From assembly GCA_964196475.1 (NCBI GenBank), contig CAXMUI010000151.1, positions 1-51,905 of the forward strand: a stretch of 51,905 bases of DNA. Direction: 5' to 3'. Each line of letters begins with the position of its first letter. Position 1 is the first letter of the stretch. Shown here piece after piece: positions 38,324 through 47,673 of the stretch. The position numbers and the translations under genes are program-made. The notes below the pieces were generated by a model that saw nothing but the letters and a program-made list of their open reading frames with translations, was not told where the DNA came from and did not search any database. The stretch is from an uncultured Acidimicrobiia bacterium. GTDB lineage: Bacteria; Actinomycetota; Acidimicrobiia; Acidimicrobiales; JAHEJN01.

Positions 38324-40617
38324 TCAGCGGGGGAAGGTGGTGCCGCAACCTCACCCTCATCAGCAATATTTGGTAGGAGTTTGTCTAACCAACGTGGCAG
38401 CCACCAGTTTCGGTCACCCAACAGTTCCATGGTTGCCGGCACCAGTAGCAGTCGGACCAGCGTCGCATCAAGGAAGACCGCCAACGCCAAACCAGTACCA
38501 AACAGCTTGATGACCCGATTCGGGTCAAACAAGAAGCTACCGAACACCACAACCATGATGGCCGCCGCGGCAGTGATGACCTTGGCGGTCATCGCCAGGC
38601 CGCTGGCCACCGAATTCTTGGCATCACCTGTGCGGTCGTACTCTTCGCGGATTCGAGAGATTAAGAACACCTCGTAATCCATTGACAAGCCGAACACGAT
38701 GGCAAACAACATCATGGGAACGAATGGTTCGATCGGTGCTCCGGCGCTAATCCCAACAAGACCGCTGGCCCAACCCCATTGAAAGATTGCGACGATGACA
38801 CCGTAGGAAGCACCAATTGAGAGCAAATTCATAGCTACCGCTTTGAGCGGTACCAGTAGTGACCGAAACATCACCATCAACAACAGAAACGACAGCGCCA
38901 GAACGGCCGCGATGAACACCAGCAAACGGCTGGCTAATAGTGCGGTGAAGTCAATCGACGCGGCGACTGACCCAGTCACATGGGCTGTAGCGAGCGTTCC
39001 CGCGACAGACAGTGGAATGACCTCGGAGCGCAAGAGCTTCACTAGGTCAACGGTGTCTCGATCCTGCGGGGACGTAGACGGGATGACCTGGATGAGCGCA
39101 GCGTCGGGAAACTCTGCGATATTAGGAATTGGGGCTGACACTTGCTGCACGCCATTGGTTGACGCCATGGCCTCAACCAAGAACTGGGCAACAGCCATGT
39201 CGCCCTCAGGTCCCAACTCAACCGCAATAAGCAGTGGACCGTTGAATCCCGGTCCAAACCCATCGGAGAGCAGATCGTAAGCCTTCTTCGTTTCGGTGTC
39301 GTCGGGGTAGTTGCCCGCATCCGAAAAACCCATCTGCAGCGACAACATAGGTATTGCCAGCACCAACAAGATGGTGGTCGCCAATCCAACCGCTGCCCAT
39401 GGATGACCTTGAATACGGTGACTCCACCGGTACCAGAACGTCTCGTTCATGGGGCGTTCCGGCTTGCTCTCGACCGGCCGTTTCAGTGGACCCCAGAATG
39501 ACCCAACCGCCAAAGTGGTCGCTGCCAGCGCCAGGAAGATCAGAATATACGCAGCGCCAACTTCAAGTCCCGCGGCCAACAACGCTAGAGAAACGAATGC
39601 TGCAGCTACAAGCCCCCGCACCCGGGTGACCGCGACCCGACCTTGAGCAAAGCCGAGGAACGCGGGTAAAAGCGTCAGGCTTGCAAAAATGGTCACTAGT
39701 ACCGTTGTCGCAGCAGCAATGCCAAGCCCAGCGATGAATGCCACGCCTATCAAGAGCATCCCCAACAGTGATATGACCACGGTTAGTCCTGCCAATATGA
39801 CGGCGCGTCCTGCGGTGCTAATGGCGCCGACGGTTGCGTCCAGAGGCGAGTAACCCTTATGGGTCAACTCCCGGTATCGACTAACAATGAAAAGTGCGTA
39901 ATCGATGCCTACGCCGAGTCCGATCATCGCGCCTAGCGTTACGCTGAAGTCGGGGAACGAACCAACATTGCTCATTAGGCCAGTTAGACCGGAGCCAATA
40001 ACCACGCCAAACAGCGCCACGCCAATCGGCATACCCATGGCTAGTACCGAACCAAACGCCAAGATAAGGACAATAACGGCGAAGGAGAGACCGATCAATT
40101 CAGCCGTCGGCGGCTCAAACTCGGCAAATGCTTCGCCCCCAAATTCGATAGTCAGATTTTCGCTACGCGGGGCAGTCGCTGAGAGGGCTCGGGCAAGGGC
40201 CTCCGATTCCTCGTCATCAACGTCAGCGTCGAGGTCAACAGTGGCGTACGCAATGGTGCGGTCCGCGGTAATTTGGCCACCGCCGGCAGGGGTATACGGA
40301 CTCGTCACAGCCACAACGCCATCCTTAGCCGCCGTCTGGGCGAACAATGCCGTCATAGAAGCGCTGACCAATGGGTCGTCGATGCCACCAGGAGCCTCGA
40401 ACACGATTGTCCCTTGGTTGCCGCTTCCGATGCCTCCGAAATACTGGTCGATAACGGCAAAACCCCGCGTCGACTCGGAATCAGGGAGAGATGGACTGGT
40501 GTCGTAGGTGGACCCAATAATGGAGGCGGCGCCAACGACAATAATCAGAAACGCCATCCATAACGCAACCGCAGATCGCCGATGAACAAAGCTCCATCGT
40601 CCAAGTTTGGCCAGCAA
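38320..40617 (-). CDS. MMPL family transporter
   Basis: GLGVGIDYALFIVSRYRE, TAGRAV, GFGPGFNGP and FGLSMDYEVFL.SRIRE motifs; TTG start after GGAG. Confidence 0.93.
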   Translation of the reverse strand: MLAKLGRWSFVHRRSAVALWMAFLIIVVGAASIIGSTYDTSPSLPDSESTRGFAVIDQYFGGIGSGNQGTIVFEAPGGIDDPLVSASMTALFAQTAAKDGVVAVTSPYTPAGGGQITADRTIAYATVDLDADVDDEESEALARALSATAPRSENLTIEFGGEAFAEFEPPTAELIGLSFAVIVLILAFGSVLAMGMPIGVALFGVVIGSGLTGLMSNVGSFPDFSVTLGAMIGLGVGIDYALFIVSRYRELTHKGYSPLDATVGAISTAGRAVILAGLTVVISLLGMLLIGVAFIAGLGIAAATTVLVTIFASLTLLPAFLGFAQGRVAVTRVRGLVAAAFVSLALLAAGLEVGAAYILIFLALAATTLAVGSFWGPLKRPVESKPERPMNETFWYRWSHRIQGHPWAAVGLATTILLVLAIPMLSLQMGFSDAGNYPDDTETKKAYDLLSDGFGPGFNGPLLIAVELGPEGDMAVAQFLVEAMASTNGVQQVSAPIPNIAEFPDAALIQVIPSTSPQDRDTVDLVKLLRSEVIPLSVAGTLATAHVTGSVAASIDFTALLASRLLVFIAAVLALSFLLLMVMFRSLLVPLKAVAMNLLSIGASYGVIVAIFQWGWASGLVGISAGAPIEPFVPMMLFAIVFGLSMDYEVFLISRIREEYDRTGDAKNSVASGLAMTAKVITAAAAIMVVVFGSFLFDPNRVIKLFGTGLALAVFLDATLVRLLLVPATMELLGDRNWWLPRWLDKLLPNIADEGEVAAPPSPAD

Positions 40618-40716
40618 GGTATCTCCGAGGGATCGCGACAAAACGCGACCCACAAATGCCCGGTCGCCGAGGTCGACGCTATCCCAGGCGGTGATTAGAC
40701 GCAATGAGCAATTGCG

Positions 40717-41460
40717 CTATATGGACGTGCCAATATCCCCCAATCGGCGTTGCCCCAGATGATCTGTAACGCGGTTGGCGATATCGGCTAATGCCGCTGT
40801 CGCAGTATCAAAGTTGGCGGTAAATTGCTGGGCTGTGTGGGCGGGGTGATCGACAAAATCGGTGATGGCCTTGATGGCAAACATCGGCACATGAGCCTCG
40901 TGGGCAACCCACGCAACAGCAGCGGCCTCCATGTCCTTGGCGCGCGCCTCGCTCGCGATCATCGCGGTGCGGTCCTCGTCTGACTGTCCCAGTGAATTGC
41001 CCGAAGTAATTACGCCGCGCTCAAGTCCAAGAGCCTGAGCTAGTTTGCGGGTATTGGCGCCCGGGTACGAGCCACGCCCGTAGGCCTCCCAACCAGTAAG
41101 GCCTATACGCCGGTCGTGAAAATGGAATGTGTCGTCGCTGAGGTAGACCTGTCCAATTGAGGTGCCGTGATGTTCCCAACCACCCGCAGTCCCGGCGCTG
41201 ATGATGACGTCAGGTTCGTGGGATTCGATCACCTGGATGGTGGTCATCGTCGCGGCTTGGGTGCCAATCAAATCGACGCCGTGAAGTCGATCTATACCGT
41301 TGATCGCAAAGAGTACGTCTGTCGTTTCGGCATGGGTCTGGTAGTAGCGCACCGGGTAACGCGAGGAAACTTCGAGTGCCGTGGCGCCAAATTGATCCAA
41401 CGTCGGATCCGCCTCGCCCTGCATAGCGAAAAGAAAGGCAACCCGGAGTCTTTCTGACAT
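40717..41460 (-). CDS. 5'-methylthioadenosine/SAH nucleosidase (plant-MTN-like subtype)
   Basis: AMQGEA, SAGTAGG, FHDRRI, KDMEAAAVA and KAITDFVD motifs. Confidence 0.88.
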   Translation of the reverse strand: MSERLRVAFLFAMQGEADPTLDQFGATALEVSSRYPVRYYQTHAETTDVLFAINGIDRLHGVDLIGTQAATMTTIQVIESHEPDVIISAGTAGGWEHHGTSIGQVYLSDDTFHFHDRRIGLTGWEAYGRGSYPGANTRKLAQALGLERGVITSGNSLGQSDEDRTAMIASEARAKDMEAAAVAWVAHEAHVPMFAIKAITDFVDHPAHTAQQFTANFDTATAALADIANRVTDHLGQRRLGDIGTSI

Positions 41461-41490
41461 GACCACAGCATGCCACCTGCCAACTCTAAG

Positions 41491-42399
41491 ATGGCCGCCG
41501 TGGTTGGAACTCCGGAAACACCGAAGGCGGAGGTGCACATCAGCGCCGAACTCGTGACCTCACTCCTTGCTGCCCAGGCACCACAATATGACGACCTACC
41601 GGTCAAATTCGTGGGCTCGGGGTGGGACAACGAAACCTATCGGCTCGGCCAGTCTCTGGCCGTACGAATGCCACGACGTGAGGCCAGTCTCGTGTGCCTA
41701 CGCAACGAACAGCAGTGGCTCCAAGCAATTCCAGAAGATCTCGGTATCGCCATTCCGCGGGTCGTGTTCTACGGCAACCCCGCACCAGAATTTCGGTGGC
41801 CGTGGAGCGTCGTTCCTTGGTTCGAAGGCTCCCAACTGGGGATCGACACACTTGCGGCCGGTGAATCCAAACGGCTAGGCACATTCTTTCGGCGACTCCA
41901 CCAACCCACGCCGGGGGATGCCCCCAGCAACCCCTACCGAGGCGGCAATCTTCAACTCCGCACGTGGACGCTCGATCAGTTACGAGAACACTCCGGAGAA
42001 CTGGAAAGGCGCGGTATCGACATCGATCAGATCTACCGCCACTGGGACATCGCATGCAATGTCGATCGCCCGGATCAGCAGGTTTGGCTTCATGGTGATC
42101 CGCACCCGAAAAACCTCATTTCACGCAAGGGTAAACTTGCCGCGGTTATTGACTGGGGTGATATTTGTGCTGGCGATGCGCCATGCGACCTCAACTGCGC
42201 ATGGATGCTGTTTGATCGGCTCGAACGTGAGCAGTTCTTTGCTGCCTATGGACCCGTGGGTGACGACGCAATGCGCCTAGCTCGAGGTTGGGCCATTGGC
42301 CTTGGGATGATGTTGTTCACCGTTGGGTTCGCAGGTGATGCAATATTTGCGACCGTGGGGGAGCGGACCATGCGGCGAATAGCGAGTGATGCATTATGA
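41491..42399 (+). CDS. Aminoglycoside phosphotransferase-family kinase
   Basis: SGWDN.TYRLG, RMPRR, WLHGD.HP.N and VIDWGD motifs; start may be GTG 41500. Confidence 0.9.
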   Translation: MAAVVGTPETPKAEVHISAELVTSLLAAQAPQYDDLPVKFVGSGWDNETYRLGQSLAVRMPRREASLVCLRNEQQWLQAIPEDLGIAIPRVVFYGNPAPEFRWPWSVVPWFEGSQLGIDTLAAGESKRLGTFFRRLHQPTPGDAPSNPYRGGNLQLRTWTLDQLREHSGELERRGIDIDQIYRHWDIACNVDRPDQQVWLHGDPHPKNLISRKGKLAAVIDWGDICAGDAPCDLNCAWMLFDRLEREQFFAAYGPVGDDAMRLARGWAIGLGMMLFTVGFAGDAIFATVGERTMRRIASDAL

Positions 42400-43160
42400 A
42401 TACCGCCCGGGCCATCGACTACCTCGAACGTGACCGCCTGCGCAACATTATCCCGCTCATGTTCTTGCAGGATTACGGCGATCGTGTCGACGTGGCCGTT
42501 GCGGAGGAGCACGGCCGTTCCGGAGTGCTACTACGGATGGCGACGGACATGTTCCGCTGGGACAAACTGAACTATGGATCCTTTGACCAGGTCCTCATTC
42601 CCGTGGTTGATAGCCCCGACCTACTGCCGATGCTCCTGGCGGACATACCGGCGGGGCCGACCGTGTTTAAACTCCAGTCGGATACCGATCTCCTCCACCT
42701 ACGCGCACGGTACGTGCTGACCCGCGAGCGGGCGATTGTTGATTACACCCAATCATCGGGCAATCAACCACATCCCGTTGTGCAGGTTTGCGAAACACTG
42801 GACGAACGACTCGTGGAACTGTTTGGCGCCAATACCTATGCCCGAGACGAATTGGTTCAGAAATTTCACCATGGTGCCGCGTCATTTGCCGTTTTCGTGG
42901 AGGGCGAACCGGTCTCAGTAGGCATGGCATTTCGTAACTACAAAGATGTATGGGAGATCGGCGGAGTCCGAACTGTTGAGTCCTCACTCCGTCAGGGACT
43001 CGCAGTGAAAGTCGTAGACACCGCCCTCGCGTACTTACATGAGCGCAATCTGAAACCACGCTATGTGTTGCTCGATACCAACCAAGCCTCAGCACAGCTG
43101 GCGATCAAGTGTGGCCTTCAACAACGTTCAACGTTCACCCATTACTCGACGTGTTTGTAA
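42396..43160 (+). CDS. GNAT-family acetyltransferase
   Basis: C-terminal WEIGGVRT...RQGLA and N.AS..LA.K.G; ATGA overlap with the kinase gene. Confidence 0.8.
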   Translation: MNTARAIDYLERDRLRNIIPLMFLQDYGDRVDVAVAEEHGRSGVLLRMATDMFRWDKLNYGSFDQVLIPVVDSPDLLPMLLADIPAGPTVFKLQSDTDLLHLRARYVLTRERAIVDYTQSSGNQPHPVVQVCETLDERLVELFGANTYARDELVQKFHHGAASFAVFVEGEPVSVGMAFRNYKDVWEIGGVRTVESSLRQGLAVKVVDTALAYLHERNLKPRYVLLDTNQASAQLAIKCGLQQRSTFTHYSTCL

Positions 43161-43240
43161 GCCGGGATGAGTCCCTGCTATCGCGACGCGACCTAGGGTA
43201 AGTAAATGGCTATACCTATGCATAATTGTCCGGCGGCGCC

Positions 43241-44107
43241 ATGAGCGGAATTGTCATTGTCGTAGGATCGGTGAATGTAGATGAGATCTACTCGGTGGCT
43301 GCGTTGCCTGCACCGGGGGAGACAGTGATTGGCGCGGCCTACCAACGAGCGGGCGGAGGAAAGGGAGCCAACATGGCAGTCTCTGCTGCTACGAGCGGAG
43401 CACCGACCTATCTGGTCGGTGCCGTTGGCGTGGATGCCTCGGGAGCTGAAGCGCTTAGCGAACTGCAAACCTTTGGCGTCGATACGACCGAAGTTGTCCG
43501 GCTGGATGAACCCACCGGACGCGCCGCCGTGATCACGGGACCTACCGAAAATCTGATCGCCGTTGCCTCCGGAGCAAATGCCGCACTGGATCCCGAACAC
43601 GTGACCCAGGCAGTTAGACGCATCGCTCAAGCGGCCAAGGGGGTGTGTCTGATCAGCGGTGAGATCGAAGATGAGGTCATTTCCGCAGCAGCCGTGGCCG
43701 CACACCAGGCAGGCTTTGATGTTCTGTACAACGCCGCTCCCGCGAAGCCGTTGGGCGGTCCACTCGCGGCCGTCGATCCAACCGTCATCGTGAATGAAGT
43801 TGAAGCAACCCAATTATCCGGGGTCGGTGATCCGTCCGAAGCGGCATCCTTCCTCGCCAATCTTTATGGCTCGGCGGTCGTAACCCGTGGTGGCGACGGT
43901 GTGTCTTGGGTGAACGACCATCAACACACTTCTTCACCGGCTATTCCGATCCGCGTCCTCGACACGACCGGAGCGGGCGATGCTTTCTGTGGGGCATTCG
44001 CGGCCGCTCGGGCGGCCGGAGATGACTTTGGCGTCGCCATTCAGCGCGGCACTGTCGCAGGCGGTAGCGCGGCTAGTTCCGCGGGTGCCCGCGGTTGGGC
44101 GAAGTAG
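43241..44107 (+). CDS. rbsK: Ribokinase / PfkB carbohydrate kinase
   Basis: GS.NVD, GGKGAN.A, N.APA, NEVEA and DTTGAGDAF motifs. Confidence 0.85.
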   Translation: MSGIVIVVGSVNVDEIYSVAALPAPGETVIGAAYQRAGGGKGANMAVSAATSGAPTYLVGAVGVDASGAEALSELQTFGVDTTEVVRLDEPTGRAAVITGPTENLIAVASGANAALDPEHVTQAVRRIAQAAKGVCLISGEIEDEVISAAAVAAHQAGFDVLYNAAPAKPLGGPLAAVDPTVIVNEVEATQLSGVGDPSEAASFLANLYGSAVVTRGGDGVSWVNDHQHTSSPAIPIRVLDTTGAGDAFCGAFAAARAAGDDFGVAIQRGTVAGGSAASSAGARGWAK

Positions 44108-44146
44108 CCGCTTGGAGCACGAGCACCCGGCAACTACCGTGCAGCT

Positions 44147-45082
44147 ATGACTACGAAGCCCCGAATAATTCTCGACTGCGATCCGGGACTTGACGACGCA
44201 ATCGCAATTGCTATGGCCATTCGCCTCGGCGACGTTGTCGGAATCACTACGGTCGGCGGCAACGTTGATTTGGCGCACACAACCGAGAATGCTCTAGCCG
44301 TCTGCGACATTCTTGGTCGGCCTGAGCTACCCGTGCATGCTGGGCATGACTTACCTCTTAACGGGTCCACTGGCCATCGAGCTAACGATTTCCACGGTCC
44401 GCGCGGGACAGGTCACATTGAATTTGCCCCGGCAACTCGCCCGGCTTCCTCTCATGATGCAGCTGCATGGATTGTCAAAACCGTTCGCGCGGAACCGGGA
44501 ATTCATTTGATCGCCACCGGCCCCCTAACCAATATCGCTCACGCGCTTCAACAGGCCCCTGAAATTGTGGGCCTTACGGCGGGAATCACCTGGATGGGCG
44601 GCAGTACCGGCAATGGGAACACCACACCCGGAGCGGAGTTCAATGCATTGGTGGATCCCGAGGCTGTTGAGATCGTATTCGCCTCAGGACACCCAAACAT
44701 GACCATGGTTGGACTAAACGCCACCCATCAAGTCTTGCTGGACCGAACCTGGATACGAGACTTGCGGGTCGGCACGGTCAACGAGTCAATGACGGTGTTC
44801 TGCGACCTGCTTGAGTACTACGACGAGCGCCAACACGAATTCACAACTTTGGCCGGTGCGGCGGTTCACGATGCGCTCGCAGTGGTAGCGGTTACGCACC
44901 CAGACCTGGTGGCCGGTGTGCGCTGTCCGGTGCAAGTTGTTACTGCCCACGGTCCAGCGCGAGGCATGACCCTGGTTGATCAAAGGCCGGTTCGCCACCC
45001 CGACCCCGGCAATGTCCGTGTACTTGAGTGGGTCAACGTTCAGGCCACAAAGGCACTGCTTCGAGAAACACTCAGTTCGTAG
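44147..45082 (+). CDS. Inosine-uridine-type nucleoside hydrolase
   Basis: DCDPGLDD, TGPLTN, GN.TP.AEFN..VDPEA and VHDA motifs. Confidence 0.94.
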   Translation: MTTKPRIILDCDPGLDDAIAIAMAIRLGDVVGITTVGGNVDLAHTTENALAVCDILGRPELPVHAGHDLPLNGSTGHRANDFHGPRGTGHIEFAPATRPASSHDAAAWIVKTVRAEPGIHLIATGPLTNIAHALQQAPEIVGLTAGITWMGGSTGNGNTTPGAEFNALVDPEAVEIVFASGHPNMTMVGLNATHQVLLDRTWIRDLRVGTVNESMTVFCDLLEYYDERQHEFTTLAGAAVHDALAVVAVTHPDLVAGVRCPVQVVTAHGPARGMTLVDQRPVRHPDPGNVRVLEWVNVQATKALLRETLSS

Positions 45083-45195
45083 CTTGCGTTCGACGGCGTT
45101 CGCTGCCGGAAAGTCCTCCACATTTTACGGAACCCGTTGAGGGTGTCGTGTTAGTTTCGCTGTCTAGCATCCCTACTGATCGTGAGACAGAAATC

Positions 45196-46749
45196 GTGGG
45201 CAATCTGCGGCACCGCAAACTTTGGCTACGGCCAGTAGTCCTCTTGGCGTTGGTGGCCACCGCATGTGGAGGGGGCGCGACAACGATCGAAGTAGAGGAA
45301 TCAACCGATGATGTTGTTGAGGACGTTGCCGAGGATGTGCCCGAGCCGACCAACGAACCCGAGGAGACGCCAACAGCGGACATTGAGCCCGAAGCCGTAC
45401 TTGATCCCGTCTGTGGCATCAGCAAGGGCGACGGCCCGTTCGAGCAGATTGCATGTGATCAACCCCATGGTGGCGAGTTGGCTGCGGTGATCGAAAGTCC
45501 GGCCGGAGCGGTTCTGCCCAATGACGAGATGGCGGCAGCGATAGACCTCGCCGTTCTCTGTGCGCCTCACGTAGCAACGTACGCGAACGGTGATCCGGCC
45601 ACAGATGGGTTCGGCTCCATTGGCTACACCGCTGCAAATCCCGGCGAACCGTACGCCGCAACAGTTGACTGCTGGTTCGACTCACACACCGACAGCGGAC
45701 TTCATGCCCTCGTCAGCGAGGTCGGGTACGCGGCTGCTGTTTCGCCAGGCGTCGTTGTTACGACCCTCGCGGCCGGTACGTGTGTGACCTTCGTTCCGTC
45801 GGACTTGACGGTGGCCAATCTGGCGGATTGCAGCGACCCCGAGGCGGACACATTTGTTGGATTTGTTGACCTACCCGCCGAAAGCCCGTACCCGAGCAAC
45901 GACCAGATCGAAGAAGCCCTCTTCACCAAATGCCCAGCCAAGGCAGAGAGCGAAAATCTCGATGTCGACCTCGACGCGGTCGGCGGGACGGTTCCGTATC
46001 AAACGGTTTGGGCGGTCGGTTTTCACCGCCTTGTTTGTGTCGCTTGGCACGATGAATTTGTCGAGGATGCGGCGTTTCCGTCGTTGGTTCCGGGGCAGGG
46101 GTGCGCGACCTACGACGACAACCTGGCTGCATATGTTCAGTCCGCATGTGATGTGCCACATAGCGCAGAATTCGTGGGATCGATTGCACCGCGGGGCGAA
46201 TCGCTCCCCGCCGACGCCGAACTGGCGCAAGATGAGTTGGCCGATCTTTGCCAGTCGCTTGTTTCGGACTATGTAGGGCGACCACTTACAAGCAAAGGCG
46301 TCGGAATCGGTTTCAACCTGACTATTGGCCTGGGTGACCCTTATGACGGCGAAGTGGACTGCTTTGCCAATGTCTTCGGAGTCGACGTGTTTGACGCAGC
46401 CATTTCTGAAGTTGGGCTGCAGGCGGCGATGGGCAACCACGTGTTTCTGAGTGATCTGGACGCTGGATTGTGTTTCGTATTCGTCGGTGACAACTTCAAC
46501 GTTGGACTCGAAGCCCCCTGCCTGGCGCCCGATGCGCTCATGGCCCTCGGTACCTACGATTCGACCCTCGGAGATGTATACCCAGGGGACGAGGCGCTAC
46601 GGGCCGAAAGAGAAATCGAATGCGCCGCAGTGGGGGAGGCGAGTGGACTCAGTTACGACCCAGACACGGTCTCAGGGACTTTCCCGACTGAGCGCGCCTG
46701 GAAAATTAGGAACCACCGCCTCGTCTCATGTGATGCAACACCTATGTAA
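45196..46749 (+). CDS. Cys-rich acidic lipoprotein with Septum_form-like repeats
   Basis: VATAC lipobox, acidic linker, two C..PH..E motifs; start approximate. Confidence 0.7.
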   Translation: MGNLRHRKLWLRPVVLLALVATACGGGATTIEVEESTDDVVEDVAEDVPEPTNEPEETPTADIEPEAVLDPVCGISKGDGPFEQIACDQPHGGELAAVIESPAGAVLPNDEMAAAIDLAVLCAPHVATYANGDPATDGFGSIGYTAANPGEPYAATVDCWFDSHTDSGLHALVSEVGYAAAVSPGVVVTTLAAGTCVTFVPSDLTVANLADCSDPEADTFVGFVDLPAESPYPSNDQIEEALFTKCPAKAESENLDVDLDAVGGTVPYQTVWAVGFHRLVCVAWHDEFVEDAAFPSLVPGQGCATYDDNLAAYVQSACDVPHSAEFVGSIAPRGESLPADAELAQDELADLCQSLVSDYVGRPLTSKGVGIGFNLTIGLGDPYDGEVDCFANVFGVDVFDAAISEVGLQAAMGNHVFLSDLDAGLCFVFVGDNFNVGLEAPCLAPDALMALGTYDSTLGDVYPGDEALRAEREIECAAVGEASGLSYDPDTVSGTFPTERAWKIRNHRLVSCDATPM

Positions 46750-46795
46750 AGACCGGTGACTCGGTTTGGATGTACCAGTGTGCTAGTTTCGTCAC

Positions 46796-47095
46796 GTGAC
46801 GAAACGTTCGAAGTGTCAATGGTGCGGGGAAGTGTTACATCATCCGGCGTCAGGTGGCCGACCGCGCACGTACTGCCGACGATCATGTCGGCAAAGGGCC
46901 TACGAGGCACGAAGCCTGGCATTGCAGCACGGCTTGACCGACACCAAGATGGTTGTGGAGCGCAGCGACTACGAGCGACTCATTGATCTGCGGTACAACG
47001 TGGCTGAAGCGGTAAGCGATTACGACTGGGAGGCGCCGATCAACAGCGCGGAAACAGCTTTGGTTGTAGCGCTAAAGAGGGCGCTCAGTCTTTAG
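46796..47095 (+). CDS. Small zinc-finger hypothetical protein
   Basis: CQWCG...GGRPRTYCRRSCRQRAY motif; GTG 6 nt after TAGTTT. Confidence 0.75.
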   Translation: MTKRSKCQWCGEVLHHPASGGRPRTYCRRSCRQRAYEARSLALQHGLTDTKMVVERSDYERLIDLRYNVAEAVSDYDWEAPINSAETALVVALKRALSL

Positions 47096-47118
47096 AAGGC
47101 ATGAAGCCAACCGTATTG

Positions 47119-47508
47119 TCAGATGGTTTTGGTGTGCCAGAGTGGATCGTTAAAGCTCTGGATTTCGATTCGATAGCCATCCGGAGAGATGAACAACGAG
47201 CTGTACACACCGAACTCGTCACTATGGCTCGGCTGTTTGACGTACTCGATGCCCTTGGCGGTAAGAAAGGTGTGCCAATCATCAACCGCTTCGCTGACAA
47301 TTGTGAGGGTGACCCCGGCCTTGGACTGCGGTCGATCGGGAAGATCACATACACCTAGGAAGCTCTGTTCGGTGAGGCGGAAGATATGACAAGCACCTTG
47401 GTCGACCACAAAGTCAAGCTCAAGAACCTCACGAAAGAATCGAGATGACCCTTCGAGGTCATTGGTATAGGTGAAAACCACTGATTGGTTGATGGGAGGG
47501 CTGTGCAT
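47119..47508 (-). CDS. VOC/glyoxalase family protein
   Basis: FTYTNDLE.S.RFF..VL.L and F..PDGYRIEIQ motifs. Confidence 0.87.
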   Translation of the reverse strand: MHSPPINQSVVFTYTNDLEGSSRFFREVLELDFVVDQGACHIFRLTEQSFLGVCDLPDRPQSKAGVTLTIVSEAVDDWHTFLTAKGIEYVKQPSHSDEFGVYSSLFISPDGYRIEIQSFNDPLWHTKTI

Positions 47509-47541
47509 GCTTGGGACCCTATCTCACCGCATGTAGACATA

Positions 47542-47569
47542 ACTTTACATAACGTGTATTTCCGGCGGT
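47542..47569 (-). other. dif-like XerC/XerD recombination site
   Basis: Minus strand ACCGCCGGAAA-TACACG-TTATGTAAAGT: 11-6-11 layout with a strong XerD-type arm and a degenerate XerC arm; intergenic. Confidence 0.6.
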
Positions 47570-47673
47570 CTATGTCGATTCTAGTGGCGCTACCCCAGCA
47601 CTTCTACCGAGATCCAACCCAAGACGCGTTCGCCATACATGACATACATAGCAATGCTGTAGCCTCTACGGCC

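Noticed and set aside
41491-43160. Aminoglycoside resistance cassette (APH + AAC)
   Set aside because: Only superfamily-level motifs, with no mobile context; resistance cannot be supported from sequence.
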